Assembly (NCBI GenBank): GCA_965263195.1
Contig: OZ253664.1
Coordinates: 1,763,949 to 1,827,948, forward strand
Origin: Vicinamibacterales bacterium
GTDB taxonomy: Bacteria > Acidobacteriota > Vicinamibacteria > Vicinamibacterales > UBA8438
Direction of reading: 5' to 3'
Length of the DNA: 64,000 nucleotides
Part shown: positions 50,961 through 62,776 of the stretch, piece after piece
Layout of the letters: every line of letters starts with the position of its first letter
Position numbering within the stretch: the first letter of the stretch is position 1
Notes under the pieces: generated by a model
Database searches by the model: none
What the model was told of the DNA's origin: nothing
The model's input: only the letters and a program-made list of their open reading frames with translations
Program-made: the position numbers and the translations under genes

Positions 50961-51722
50961 ATGGATCAAGATCAGCTGCGGGACGTTCTCGAACGGGTTG
51001 CGCGCGGAGCCGCGACTGCCGATCAGGGGACCGCCGAGCTGACCGCCATGCTGCGGCGCCTGCCGTTCGAGGACCTTGGGTTTGCGCGTGTGGATCATCA
51101 CCGGGCCATCCGGCAGGGATTCCCGGAAGTGGTCTTTGGCGCCGGCAAGACGCCGGGCCAGGTGGCGGCGATCGCCGAGCGGATCGTGGCCGCCGGTGAT
51201 GCGCTGCTGGTTACCCGTACCGATCAGGCGGCCTACGCGGCCGTGGCGCAGGTGGTGCCCGCTGCGCAGTTCCACCCGGCGGCGCGCATCATCGCGTATC
51301 GCGCCCGAGCCGCCACCAGCGGCCAGGGCACCGTCCTCATCGCTGCCGCCGGCACCTCCGACCTGCCGGTAGCGGAAGAGGCGCGGGTGAGCGCCGAACT
51401 GCTCGGCAACCAGGTGGATGCGCTGTACGACGTGGGTGTCGCGGGCCTGCACCGGTTGCTCTCCGAGCGGGAACGGATCGAGCGCGCGCGGGTTATCATC
51501 GCCGTCGCCGGCATGGAAGGCGCGCTCCCGAGCGTGATCGGGGGGCTGGTCGGCGTTCCCGTCATCGCGGTGCCGACGAGCGTCGGCTACGGCGCCAGCT
51601 TCGGCGGGCTGGCGGCGCTGCTGGGGATGCTGAACAGTTGCGCGTCCGGCGTGGCGGTCGTCAACATCGACAACGGCTTCGGGGCGGCAGCGATGGCCAG
51701 CCTCATCAACCATCCGCCCTGA
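50961..51722 (+). CDS. larB: nickel-pincer cofactor biosynthesis protein LarB (AIR-carboxylase-like)
   Basis: 253 aa; DLGFARVDHHRAIRQGFPEVVFGAGKT, AAAGTSDLPVAEEA, AVAGMEGALPSV..PVIAVPTSVGYG. Confidence 0.85.
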   Translation: MDQDQLRDVLERVARGAATADQGTAELTAMLRRLPFEDLGFARVDHHRAIRQGFPEVVFGAGKTPGQVAAIAERIVAAGDALLVTRTDQAAYAAVAQVVPAAQFHPAARIIAYRARAATSGQGTVLIAAAGTSDLPVAEEARVSAELLGNQVDALYDVGVAGLHRLLSERERIERARVIIAVAGMEGALPSVIGGLVGVPVIAVPTSVGYGASFGGLAALLGMLNSCASGVAVVNIDNGFGAAAMASLINHPP

Positions 51723-51749
51723 GCCGCGGTCGTTCTCGGAGGATCCAGC

Positions 51750-54209
51750 ATGCACGAAAGCACGATCCGGTCGCTCGAGTTCGACCGGATCGTCGAAGTC
51801 GTCCGCAGCTTCGCTCTGACGCCGCTCGGTTCGGCGCGGCTGGCCAGGCTCGAGCCGCAAGCCGACATCCACAGCGCGCAGGCCGCGCTGGCCGCCACCA
51901 CCGAGTGCATCGGGTACGTCGAATCGAACGGCCCGATCGCGCTCGAGGCCCCCGCGGACCTCGACCGGATCCTGACGGGCCTGGCGGTCGAGGGGCTGCC
52001 GCTCGAAGCGGCTCAACTGCGCGGACTCGCCAGCTTCCTGGCGTCCATCGAGGCCGTCCGGCGCGCGGTCGGCGAAGCGGGCGCCGGACCGTTCCCGCTG
52101 CTGGAGGAGGCTCTCGAAGGCTGCCGTTCGTTCACCCGCGAAATTTCGGACATCCGGACCCGGATCGACGACGCCGGCGAGGTCGTGGACGAGGCTTCAG
52201 CCGAGTTGCGCTCCCTGCGCGAGCAGCTGCGCCGTCAGGCAGGCCGCCTGCGGAGAACACTCGACTCCTATCTGCGCGGCAAGACCACCGCCCGCTATCT
52301 CCAGGATCAGGTCGTGATGGAACGCGCCGGGCGCTGCGTACTGTTGGTCAGGGCCGAGCACCGCGGCGCCATCCCGGGCATCGTCCACGGCAACTCCGGT
52401 AGCGGGGCGAGCCTGTTCCTCGAGCCGCTCAGCACGGTGGACGTCAACAACGAGATCGTCACCCTGCGCGAGCGCGAGGCGGCGGAGGTCCAGCGGATTC
52501 TGGTCGAGCTGGCGAATGCCCTGCGCAAGCGGGCGGCCGACCTCCAACTGACGCTGGAAGCCGCCGCCGGGATCGACGCGCTGCAGGCGCGGGCGGCGTT
52601 CGCGCGGCTCTGCGGCGGCTGCGCCCCGGAGCTGGTCTCGACACCGCACCTGGAGCTGCTGGATGCGCGGCACCCGCTGCTGATCCCGGCCGTGCGGCGC
52701 CGGCTCGGCGCCGGGGATCCGGAAACGGACGCACCGCCCGTTCCGGTCGAGATACGGATCGTCCCACCGCAGTCGGTGCTCGTGATCACCGGTCCCAACA
52801 CCGGCGGCAAGACCGTGGCGCTGAAGACCGCCGGGCTGCTGGCGATGATGGCGCAGGCCGGTCTGTACGTGCCGGCGGCGCCCGGTTCGCGGGTCACGGC
52901 CTTCCGCACAGTGTTCGCCGACATCGGGGACGAGCAGTCGATCACCGCCAGCGTCTCGACCTTCTCCGGCCATATCCGCAACGTGGTCGCCATGGACCAG
53001 CAGCTGCAATTGCCGGCGCTCGTGCTGCTCGACGAGGTGGGCGGAGGCACGGACCCGCTCGAAGGCGGCGCGCTCGGTGCGTCGCTCGTCGACCATTTCC
53101 GCCAGCGCGGCGCCGTCGTCGTAGCGACCACGCACGACGACATGCTCAAGACGTACGCGGCGACCACCAGCACGGTGACATGCGCCGGCTTCGGCTTCGA
53201 TGCGGAGACGTACGCGCCGAACTACCAGTTGACCTACGGCACGCCGGGACGCAGCCTGGCCCTGGAGATCGCCGCCCGGCTCGGCGTCCCGCCGGCTGTC
53301 ATAGGAGCGGCGCAGCAGCGGCGCAGCAAGCGCGAGGCGCAGCTCGCCGAGCACCTCGCCAAAGTGGACAGCGACCTGCGTGCACTCACCAGGGAGCGGG
53401 AGCAGATCGCTGCGGAACGAAAGCGTCTGGCGGCTGACGGGGCGGCGCTCGAAGCAGCGCAACGGGAGCTGCGCGCGCGCGGCCGGGAGCTGCGGCAACG
53501 CGCCGGCGGCGCCATCGACGACCGTGTGCGCGAGGCCCGCAAGGAGATTGATGCCATTGTCGGGGCGCTGCGGTCGCGGGCGGCCGAGATGGAGCGCGCC
53601 GCCGCCGGGCGGGTCGCCGCCGGCGCGGCGGCGTTGACGACGGGCGATGCGGGCGCCGCGCGCGCCTCCGCGCAGGCCGCGATTGCCTCTGTCGCAACGG
53701 CGACACGCAGCACCGCCGGCGAAGCGGCGGCGCCTCCGCCGCCGGAGCGCCCGCGCCGGAAGGCGGCGCTGCGCGTGGGATCGACCGTCAGCGTGGCCGG
53801 ACTGGGCCTCCGCGGCCAGTTGCGGGCGTTGTATCAGACCGAGGCGGAGGTGGATGTGCGCAACAAGCGGCTGCGCGTCCCGCTCTCCGACCTGCAGGCG
53901 GCGGATGGCGGCAAGGCCGCGGCCACCGGGCGCGTCACGACGAACACATCGGCCTCGTCCGCGCTGGCGGCGGAATTGAACGTCATCGGCTGCACGGCCG
54001 ACGAGGCGCTGGCACGGGCCGAGCGGTATCTCGATCAGGCGGTGCTGCACGAACAGCGACAAGTTCGGATCATCCACGGTCGCGGCTCCGGCGTACTGCA
54101 GCGGTCGATTGCCGGCCTGCTCGCGGGGCATCCACAAGTCGACCGTTTCGCGCCGGCGCAGCGGGAGCAGGGCGGTGACGGCGTCACGGTCATCGAGCTG
54201 AAGGACTAA
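51750..54209 (+). CDS. mutS2: endonuclease MutS2 (MutS domain V ATPase + C-terminal Smr)
   Basis: Walker A ITGPNTGGKTVALKT, LLDEVGGGTDP, and a C-terminal Smr domain (LNVIGCTADEAL..VRIIHGRGSGVLQ). Confidence 0.92.
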   Translation: MHESTIRSLEFDRIVEVVRSFALTPLGSARLARLEPQADIHSAQAALAATTECIGYVESNGPIALEAPADLDRILTGLAVEGLPLEAAQLRGLASFLASIEAVRRAVGEAGAGPFPLLEEALEGCRSFTREISDIRTRIDDAGEVVDEASAELRSLREQLRRQAGRLRRTLDSYLRGKTTARYLQDQVVMERAGRCVLLVRAEHRGAIPGIVHGNSGSGASLFLEPLSTVDVNNEIVTLREREAAEVQRILVELANALRKRAADLQLTLEAAAGIDALQARAAFARLCGGCAPELVSTPHLELLDARHPLLIPAVRRRLGAGDPETDAPPVPVEIRIVPPQSVLVITGPNTGGKTVALKTAGLLAMMAQAGLYVPAAPGSRVTAFRTVFADIGDEQSITASVSTFSGHIRNVVAMDQQLQLPALVLLDEVGGGTDPLEGGALGASLVDHFRQRGAVVVATTHDDMLKTYAATTSTVTCAGFGFDAETYAPNYQLTYGTPGRSLALEIAARLGVPPAVIGAAQQRRSKREAQLAEHLAKVDSDLRALTREREQIAAERKRLAADGAALEAAQRELRARGRELRQRAGGAIDDRVREARKEIDAIVGALRSRAAEMERAAAGRVAAGAAALTTGDAGAARASAQAAIASVATATRSTAGEAAAPPPPERPRRKAALRVGSTVSVAGLGLRGQLRALYQTEAEVDVRNKRLRVPLSDLQAADGGKAAATGRVTTNTSASSALAAELNVIGCTADEALARAERYLDQAVLHEQRQVRIIHGRGSGVLQRSIAGLLAGHPQVDRFAPAQREQGGDGVTVIELKD

Positions 54210-56015
54210 ATGGGACGTTTTCCGCCGCACTTCATCGACGATCTCAAGGCGCACGCCGACATCGTCCAGGTCGTGCAGGACGTCGTCCCGCTGAAGAAGG
54301 CCGGCAGCACCTACAAGGGCTTGTGCCCGTTCCACAACGAAAAGACACCCTCGTTCCATGTGAACCACGAGAAGGGGTTCTTTCACTGCTTCGGCTGCGG
54401 CACCGGCGGCGACGTCGTCAAGTTCGTCGAGCTGCAGGAGAAGCTCGGGTTTCCCGACGCGGTCCGACTCCTCGCCCAACGATTCGGCGTCCAGGTCCCC
54501 GAGTCCGGCGATCCCGAGCGCGACGCGGCGGCCGACGCCAGACGCGAGGCGCTGCTCAAGGTCCACAGCCTGGCCGCCGAGTTCTTCCAGCGGCAGCTGG
54601 GCGAGCCGCCCGGCCGCGGCGCCCGCGCGCACCTCGAGGCACGCGGCATCCGCCCCGAAACGATCGAACGACTTGGTCTCGGCTATGCTCCCTCACAGCG
54701 CGACAGCCTGCGGCGGCACTTGGGCGACGCCGGCCAGCCGCTCGACGTGCTGCTCGAAAGCGGTCTGGTCGTGGAGCGGGACGGGGGCCGCGTGGTGGAC
54801 CGTTTCCGGAATCGGCTGATGATTCCGATCTGCCGCGACAGCGGGTCCGTAGTGGCGTTCGGCGGGCGGGCGCTGGAGACCGGCCAGCAGCCGAAGTACA
54901 TCAACTCGCCGGAGTCGCCGCTGTATACGAAGAGCCGGACATTGTATGGTTTACATTTCACCAAGGCCGCAATCCGGCGATTGGGCTACGCCGTAATGGT
55001 AGAGGGGTACTTCGACTTCGCACAGATCGTGCAGGCGGGCGTGCAGCCGGCTGTGGCTTCGTGCGGCACCGCGGTTACCGCGCAACAGGCGCGCCTGCTG
55101 CGCCGGTTCGCGTCGAAGGTCATCGTCAGCTTCGACCCCGACACCGCCGGCCGGACCGCGGCCGCGCGCACGGGCGAGCTGCTGATCGGGGAAGAGCTGC
55201 AGGTCAACATCGCGACGCTGCCGGCGGGAGAAGATCCCGACACCTGCGTGCGCCGGCACGGCGTTGCACGCTACGCCGAGGCCCTGCGCACGTCGCGGCC
55301 GTACCTGGATTACGTGCTCGACGACGCGGCGGAGGGACGCGACCTCTCGCGCAATGCGCACCGCAGGGCGTTCCTGTCCGATATGCTGGCAGTGGCCCGC
55401 AGCATTCCGAACAGCGCGGAGCGGGAAGAATTCGCCGATAGAGTGATGCACAAGGCCGAGGTCAAATCGGAAACTGTTCGATCCGATTTTCTGCGCGCTG
55501 CTGTCGCGCGGCAGACCTCCCTCGGCGCCGCCACTACTGTATCGGTCGGGCACGCAGTCACGACCGTCGAGAAGGACCTGCTCTGGGCCACGATGAACAA
55601 CACGCGTGTGGCGCTGGACGCGCTAAAGGACGCGGAACCGGCGGACTTCGAAGGGCTTGCGACGGAGTCGATCCTGCGGATCGCCCGGACGCTCGTCGAG
55701 TGGCCCGCCGAGACGGTGCCGCAGGCGCTGCTGGAGCGCGTGAGCAGCGAAGACGCCGCAGTGGCGGAGGGTATCGCAAGAGAGTCGCGGAAGCCGGCGG
55801 ACGCCGGTGACTGCGTGCTGGAAATGCAGCGGTGGCGGCTCGAGCGGCAACGCGTCACGCTGCAGGACGAGATCGCGCGGCGGCAGCAGATCGACTCCGA
55901 CGATGCGGCCGCCGAGATCGATTCGCTCTTACGGCGCAAGATGGAATTGGTACAACGCATAGAGCAACTGGGAGGAAATGATTCGCGACAAGTTCCACGC
56001 GCGCCGAGCGTCTGA
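54210..56015 (+). CDS. dnaG: DNA primase
   Basis: Zinc ribbon [30 protein letters not shown] and TOPRIM ([16 protein letters not shown]). The ATG directly follows the mutS2 TAA. Confidence 0.95.
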   Translation: MGRFPPHFIDDLKAHADIVQVVQDVVPLKKAGSTYKGLCPFHNEKTPSFHVNHEKGFFHCFGCGTGGDVVKFVELQEKLGFPDAVRLLAQRFGVQVPESGDPERDAAADARREALLKVHSLAAEFFQRQLGEPPGRGARAHLEARGIRPETIERLGLGYAPSQRDSLRRHLGDAGQPLDVLLESGLVVERDGGRVVDRFRNRLMIPICRDSGSVVAFGGRALETGQQPKYINSPESPLYTKSRTLYGLHFTKAAIRRLGYAVMVEGYFDFAQIVQAGVQPAVASCGTAVTAQQARLLRRFASKVIVSFDPDTAGRTAAARTGELLIGEELQVNIATLPAGEDPDTCVRRHGVARYAEALRTSRPYLDYVLDDAAEGRDLSRNAHRRAFLSDMLAVARSIPNSAEREEFADRVMHKAEVKSETVRSDFLRAAVARQTSLGAATTVSVGHAVTTVEKDLLWATMNNTRVALDALKDAEPADFEGLATESILRIARTLVEWPAETVPQALLERVSSEDAAVAEGIARESRKPADAGDCVLEMQRWRLERQRVTLQDEIARRQQIDSDDAAAEIDSLLRRKMELVQRIEQLGGNDSRQVPRAPSV

Positions 56016-56104
56016 CTCCGCGTAGCGGCGGCAGGCAGGTTGCGGACGCCTCACACGGGGCGGCGGCGCCTGCCATCGGCTCCTGGAAACCAGAAGGACA
56101 GCTG

Positions 56105-57802
<1,698 letters not shown>

Positions 57803-57815
57803 CGCCAACGTGACG

Positions 57816-57891
57816 GGGCCCATAGCTCAGCGGTCAGAGCCGCCGGCTCATAACCGGCTTGTCCCAGGTTCGAATCCTGGTGGGCCCACCA
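57816..57891 (+). tRNA. tRNA with CAU anticodon (elongator tRNA-Met or lysidine-modified tRNA-Ile2), CCA encoded
   Basis: Hand-folded cloverleaf:
- Acceptor stem GGGCCCA/TGGGCCC.
- D-arm GCTC-AGCGGTCA-GAGC.
- Anticodon stem GCCGG/CCGGC with loop CTCATAA.
- T-arm CCAGG-TTCGAAT-CCTGG.
- Discriminator A plus CCA.
The G1-C72 pair and the lack of three G-C pairs at the base of the anticodon stem argue against an initiator. C4-G69 and C5-G68 resemble E. coli TilS determinants, so Ile2 is possible. Confidence 0.9.
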
Positions 57892-58053
57892 TTCGAAGCG
57901 CGTCACACCGGCCACGCCAGGCAGCTCCCCGAACCATGCTAGGATGTGGTCCCGTGCCGGCAATCTCGCGCCTGCTCTGGCGCCAAACCCCGCGTGCCGT
58001 CGCCTGCCGGACCACGCGCCGTCCGGCCGCCACACTGAAACCTCGAACTTTAA

Positions 58054-58078
58054 CGCCCCGCCCCGCGGGGCTTTTTTT
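58054..58078 (+). terminator. rho-independent terminator
   Basis: GCCCCGC-ccc-GCGGGGC forms a 7-bp all-G/C stem and is followed by T8. Confidence 0.8.
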
Positions 58079-58098
58079 TGCCCGGAAAGCAGCCGCCG

Positions 58099-58836
58099 AT
58101 GCTGGCCGACCTTGAACAACTGATCACGCTGCAGCACATCGAAGACGATGCGGCGGCTGCCGGCGCGAGGATTGAAGAGATCCCGGCCACCGTCGAAGCG
58201 CTGGGCGCGCGGCTCGAGGCGAGCACGGGGGAACTGGCGCTCGCGCAGCAGAATCTCGACGATTCGCGGACCGACCGGCGGGAGCTGGAAAAGAAACTCG
58301 CGGCGGTGCAGACCCGGCTGGACCGGTTCCGCGAGCAGTTGATGCAGGTCAAGACCAACAGGGAGTACCAGGCGATGCAGGTCGAGAGCGGCTCTGCCGA
58401 AGGTGAAATCCGCCGCCTGGAGGACGAGATCCTCGAACGGATGATCGAGGGGGACGACCTTACGGCGGAGGTCGAGAGCGCCAGCGGCCGTCTGGCCGCG
58501 GAAAAGAACTCGGTCGAGGCGGAACGCGCCGCCCTGGAACTCGAGCGGGATGCGTTGGAGAGCCGGCTCGGACACATGGTGGACGAGCGTGCAAAGCATG
58601 TCGGAACGCTGGCGCCGCATCTGCTGTCGCTCTTCGAGACTGTCGCGGATCGCCGCAATGGCACGGTCGTCGCCAGGGCGCGCGACGGGCGGTGCTCAGC
58701 CTGCCAGGTCCGGCTGCGGCCCCAGCTGTTCAACGACGTGCGAACAAACACCCGCCTGATCCGGTGCGAGAGCTGCCAGCGCGTCCTGTACTACGAGCAG
58801 GAGGCGGCCGCCGCGGAGGGCGGCACGGCGGAGTGA
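58099..58836 (+). CDS. COG1579-type coiled-coil + C4 zinc-ribbon protein
   Basis: A long coiled-coil N-terminal region is followed by a C-terminal [22 protein letters not shown] zinc ribbon. The ATG at 58099 is preferred, because the track start at 58078 lies in the terminator T-run. Confidence 0.8.
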   Translation: MLADLEQLITLQHIEDDAAAAGARIEEIPATVEALGARLEASTGELALAQQNLDDSRTDRRELEKKLAAVQTRLDRFREQLMQVKTNREYQAMQVESGSAEGEIRRLEDEILERMIEGDDLTAEVESASGRLAAEKNSVEAERAALELERDALESRLGHMVDERAKHVGTLAPHLLSLFETVADRRNGTVVARARDGRCSACQVRLRPQLFNDVRTNTRLIRCESCQRVLYYEQEAAAAEGGTAE

Positions 58837-59687
58837 GCGCCGGACCGATCGTCGCGTACATCGACGGCGGCTCGCGCGGCAATCCGGGCGTGGCCGGCTA
58901 CGGCGTGCGCATCGAGGCGGGCGACGGCTCGCTCATCGAGGAGTTGACCGGCGCCATCGGCATCGCCACGAACAACGTCGCGGAGTACCGCGGCCTGCTC
59001 GCCGCGCTCGCGTGGTTCGACCGCAACGGCTATCGCGACGCGATTGTCCGGTCGGACTCCGAGCTCCTTACCCGGCAGATGACCGGACAGTTCAAGGTCC
59101 GGCATCCGGGACTCAAGCCGCTGCACACCGAGGCGACGGCGATCGTCAGACGGCTTGGTCGCGTGCGGTTCGAGCACGTGCGCCGGTCGGCCAACACCGA
59201 GGCTGATCGGCTGGCGAATGCAGCCATGGACGGCGCCGCCGCGGGCGGCCGCGCGCAGGCGCCGCGTCCGGCACTGCCGCCCACCGCCGTCCACGCCGGG
59301 CACGGCGGCGGCGTCATCGGTATCGGCATCGACATCGAATCCATCGCGCGCGTCGGCGGGTTGCTCGAACGCTACGGCCCACGGTTCGTCGAGCGGGTCT
59401 TCACCGCCGACGAAGCCGCGTACAGCCTGCGCCGCGCACGGCCCGCGCAACATCTTGCCGCCCGTTTCGCCGCCAAGGAGGCGGCGATGAAGGCGCTGGG
59501 CACGGGTCATTCACGGGGCGTCGTCTGGCGCAGCATCGAAGTCGTGCGCGAAGCCGGCCCTCCCCGGTTGCGGCTCCATGGCGCGGCGGCTCGCCAATTC
59601 GACGCAATCGGCGCAACGCGTTCGCTGGTCGCCATCAGCCATTCGGGCGACTTCGCTCTGGCCCAGGTCATGTTGCTCGATCGCTGA
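58833..59687 (+). CDS. fusion protein: RNase HI-like domain + holo-[acyl-carrier-protein] synthase (AcpS)
   Basis: N-terminal half: VAYIDGGSRGNPGVAGYG..TNNVAEYRGLLAAL..VRSDSELLTRQM..ANTEADRLAN (the RNase H D-E-D-D pattern). C-terminal half: IGIGIDIESI..RVFTADE..LAARFAAKEAAMKALG..VAISHSGDFALAQVML (AcpS). This is a single ORF with no in-frame ATG/GTG/TTG at the domain junction. The GTG start overlaps the upstream TGA (GTGA). Confidence 0.8.
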   Translation: MSAGPIVAYIDGGSRGNPGVAGYGVRIEAGDGSLIEELTGAIGIATNNVAEYRGLLAALAWFDRNGYRDAIVRSDSELLTRQMTGQFKVRHPGLKPLHTEATAIVRRLGRVRFEHVRRSANTEADRLANAAMDGAAAGGRAQAPRPALPPTAVHAGHGGGVIGIGIDIESIARVGGLLERYGPRFVERVFTADEAAYSLRRARPAQHLAARFAAKEAAMKALGTGHSRGVVWRSIEVVREAGPPRLRLHGAAARQFDAIGATRSLVAISHSGDFALAQVMLLDR

Positions 59688-59857
59688 CGCCCGCGGTTTC
59701 CGGTCGGCATACCGCCGGCACCGGATCGCCGTCCCCACCACCCTCCAGGTCCCACAAGTCACGCCAGCTGTATCAGTTGCGCCAACACCGCAATTTCGAT
59801 GCGGACGGAATGCGGTTTGCTGTCCTCACTGGGACCGGTTAGTGGGAGGAGAGAAAG

Positions 59858-60175
59858 ATGACTGTGAAGATCGTGCCCAGCACCGCGGGGGCGCCGGCGG
59901 GCAAGCTGGCGGATGTCGAGTTGCACTTTTCCGAGGGAATCCTGGCGGGGCTGAAGCTCGTGGGATTTACGGTGTGGGACCGGCGCGACGACCGGGGACG
60001 CGGAGTGACCTTCCCCGCCCGGCAGTACCTTGTCAACGGCGAGCGGCGCCACTACGTGTTGCTCCGCGCGACCGCGGACGCCGGCACCACCGAGCCGCTC
60101 CGCGAGTTGATCCTCAGTACGTACAACGCCTACGAGCAGAGTGCTGCCGCGGGTGATGCCTCCGGTGAGCGCTGA
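59858..60175 (+). CDS. hypothetical protein, possibly SpoVG-like
   Basis: 105 aa with a strong SD (GGGAGGAG, 6-nt spacer). KLADVELHF..LKLVGFTVWD..GRGVTFPARQY..RHYVLLR..LRELILSTY loosely follows the SpoVG pattern. This is a family assignment by eye only. Confidence 0.45.
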   Translation: MTVKIVPSTAGAPAGKLADVELHFSEGILAGLKLVGFTVWDRRDDRGRGVTFPARQYLVNGERRHYVLLRATADAGTTEPLRELILSTYNAYEQSAAAGDASGER

Positions 60176-60196
60176 GGTCGGCGCCGCGCACCCGAG

Positions 60197-61504
60197 TCAG
60201 CGGCGGGCCCGGATGAGTGGCGCGTCGAGATCGATCGCGATATCGACGTCGAGCTGCTGGTCGCCCGCGTCGTAGGCGGCCGGGGCCTCCTCCGACAGAT
60301 ATTCTTCGGCGATTTCGGGGGCTGGTTCAGGGGCCGGTTCCGCAGCGGGTTCGGGGACCGGTTCAACGGCTACTTCCTCCTCGGGGTCGGGCCGTCGCCA
60401 ACCGGAGTACGCCTCCAGATCGACCGGCGTCTGCACCGTGCCGGAAACCTGCGCCGCAGCGTCGGCAGCGTCCTGGAAGCCCGTGGCGATTACCGTAATC
60501 TTGACCTCACCCTCCATGTGGGGGTCGACGACGGCCCCGAAAATGATATTGGCTTCCTCATCCGCCGCCTGTTGAATAATCGATACCGCCTCGCTCACCT
60601 CGATCATGGTTAGGTCGTCGCCGCCGGTGACGTTCACCAGCACGCCGCGCGCGCCGTCTACCGATACGTCTTCCAGCAGCGGGCTGGCAATGGCGCGCCT
60701 GGCGGCGTCGACGGCCCGCGTGTCGCCGCGCCCCACGCCGGTGCCCATGATGGCCAGGCCCATGCGCGACATGATGGTGGTGACGTCCGCGAAGTCGAGG
60801 TTGATGAGTCCGGGCACGAGGACGAGATCGGAGATCCCGTGAATCGCGTGGAGGAGCACCTCGTCCACCTTGGCGAACGCCTGCGTCAGGCTGGTTCTCC
60901 GATCGATCATCGACAGCACCCGCTCGTTCGGAATCGTGATCACCGTATCCACGCACTTGCGGAGATCTTCCAATCCGCGCGTCGCCTGCGCTGAGCGCTG
61001 CCTGCCTTCGAAGGCGAACGGCTTGGTCACGACCGCCACCGTCAGCGCCCCCAGCTCGGCGGCGAGATTGGCGATGACCGGCGCCGCGCCGGTGCCGGTG
61101 CCGCCGCCGAGCCCGGCGGTGACAAACACCATGTCGGCCCCGTCGAGCGCGGTAATCAGCTCCCCCGTGTCCTCCAGCGCCGCCCGGCGTCCGATGTTCG
61201 GATCGGCGCCGGCGCCGAGCCCCTTTGTCAGCTTGGCGCCGATCTGCAGCCGCACGGGCGCCTTGGTGCGCGCGAGCGCCTGCGTATCCGTGTTGGCCAC
61301 GATGAACTCGACGCCGTCGATGCCGGCGCCCACCATCTGCTCCACGGCATTGCCGCCGCCGCCGCCGACCCCGATGACCTTTATCCGCGCGCCCGGATCC
61401 GCGGCGGCATCCAGGGAAAGGCGCATGTCGTCACCGGCTGTCCAGTCCTCGTTGCGATCCCCGCTGATTCGATCCGTCATGTCTCGCTGCCCTCCTCCGA
61501 ACAT
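60197..61504 (-). CDS. ftsZ: cell division protein FtsZ
   Basis: [39 protein letters not shown], and a C-terminal peptide [11 protein letters not shown]. The start is uncertain: 61504, or the ATG at 61480, which has AGGAGG 10 nt upstream. Confidence 0.95.
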   Translation of the reverse strand: MFGGGQRDMTDRISGDRNEDWTAGDDMRLSLDAAADPGARIKVIGVGGGGGNAVEQMVGAGIDGVEFIVANTDTQALARTKAPVRLQIGAKLTKGLGAGADPNIGRRAALEDTGELITALDGADMVFVTAGLGGGTGTGAAPVIANLAAELGALTVAVVTKPFAFEGRQRSAQATRGLEDLRKCVDTVITIPNERVLSMIDRRTSLTQAFAKVDEVLLHAIHGISDLVLVPGLINLDFADVTTIMSRMGLAIMGTGVGRGDTRAVDAARRAIASPLLEDVSVDGARGVLVNVTGGDDLTMIEVSEAVSIIQQAADEEANIIFGAVVDPHMEGEVKITVIATGFQDAADAAAQVSGTVQTPVDLEAYSGWRRPDPEEEVAVEPVPEPAAEPAPEPAPEIAEEYLSEEAPAAYDAGDQQLDVDIAIDLDAPLIRARR

Positions 61505-61513
61505 CCGTCCCGG

Positions 61514-62749
61514 CTAGAAAAACTCCTTGAACAGCCCGCGTAGGCGGACCGCGGCGCGACCGAACGTGCCGACCCCCACAACCTGCTCCCGTTCCGCCTT
61601 CTGTTTGCGGTGCGCATGCAGGATCAGACCGACCGCCGTGGCGAACGCGGGGTTGCTCACGTGGTCGGACAGGCCGCCCACCCCTACCGGGTGCCCGCGC
61701 CGAATCTGGAGGTCGAACATCTGTCCCGCCACCTCCAGGATGCCGTCGAGCATGCCGCAGCCCCCTGCCAGCACGATGCCCGAATGCAGAGAGCGCTCGT
61801 AGCCGTCGTTGCGGATCTCGTCCCACAAGCGGCGGAAGATCTCTTCAACGCGCGGCTGAATCACGTCCGCCAGGATCCGCCGCGGTATCGTGCGCGGCGG
61901 GCGGCCGCCGACGCTGGCCACGTCGATCGTCTCTTCGTCGTCGAGGAGACTGGCGAGCGCGCAGCCGTAGCGGCGCTTCGTCTTTTCGGCCTCCGGGATC
62001 GGCATGCGCAGGCCGACGGCGATGTCGTTGGTGATGTGTTCACCGCCGAGCGCCAGGGCGCCCGTGTGCCACAGGCTGCCCTTCTCGTAAATCGCAAAGT
62101 CGGTGGTGCCGCCCCCGATATCGACGAGCGCCACCCCCAGTTCCTTCTCATCGTCCGTGAGCACCGCGTCCGCGGCAGCCAACTGGTCGAGCACGGTGTC
62201 GACCACCGCGACGCCCACGCGGTTGACGCAAGCGACGACGTTCTGCGTGGAGGCTGTCCTGCCGGTGACGACGTGCACGTTGACTTCCAGCCGTGTACCG
62301 GTCATCCCTATCGGCGCGTCTATCCCTTCCTGCTCATCGACGACAAAGTCCTGTGGCAGCACATGCACGATCTCTCGCCCGCTCGGCAGCGCCACGGCCT
62401 TGGCGGCATCAATCGCCCGCCGTACGTCCTCACGCGTGATCTCCCGGTTCTTCCCGGTCACGGCAACGACGCCGCGGCTGTTGACCGCCTTTGCGTGGGT
62501 CCCCGACAGTCCGAGATGCACCGAATCGATCTCGACGCCCGCGGTCAGCTCCGCTTCCTCTATCGCGCGTTTGATCGATTCGACCGCGGCGTCGAGATTG
62601 ACAACCGCGCCGCGGCGAATGCCGCACGACTCGGCGCGTCCGATGCCGATGACGTCCAGGCCGCCGTCGTCGAGCGCCTCTGCCACCACCGCTACGATGG
62701 ACGAGGTCCCCACATCAAGGCCGACGAGATACTGCTCCATCCGCGCCAC
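61514..62749 (-). CDS. ftsA: cell division protein FtsA
   Basis: 411 aa with the actin-like ATPase fold (VGLDVGTSSIVAVV, VDIGGGTTDFAI, LAGGCGML). Confidence 0.93.
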   Translation of the reverse strand: MARMEQYLVGLDVGTSSIVAVVAEALDDGGLDVIGIGRAESCGIRRGAVVNLDAAVESIKRAIEEAELTAGVEIDSVHLGLSGTHAKAVNSRGVVAVTGKNREITREDVRRAIDAAKAVALPSGREIVHVLPQDFVVDEQEGIDAPIGMTGTRLEVNVHVVTGRTASTQNVVACVNRVGVAVVDTVLDQLAAADAVLTDDEKELGVALVDIGGGTTDFAIYEKGSLWHTGALALGGEHITNDIAVGLRMPIPEAEKTKRRYGCALASLLDDEETIDVASVGGRPPRTIPRRILADVIQPRVEEIFRRLWDEIRNDGYERSLHSGIVLAGGCGMLDGILEVAGQMFDLQIRRGHPVGVGGLSDHVSNPAFATAVGLILHAHRKQKAEREQVVGVGTFGRAAVRLRGLFKEFF

Positions 62750-62776
62750 ACATCCTCCGACGTCACCTCTCGGTGG

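Noticed and set aside
57816-57891. tRNA(CAU) as the initiator tRNA-fMet.
   Set aside because: It has a Watson-Crick G1-C72 pair, and its anticodon stem (GCCGG/CCGGC) lacks the three consecutive G-C pairs next to the loop that typify initiators.
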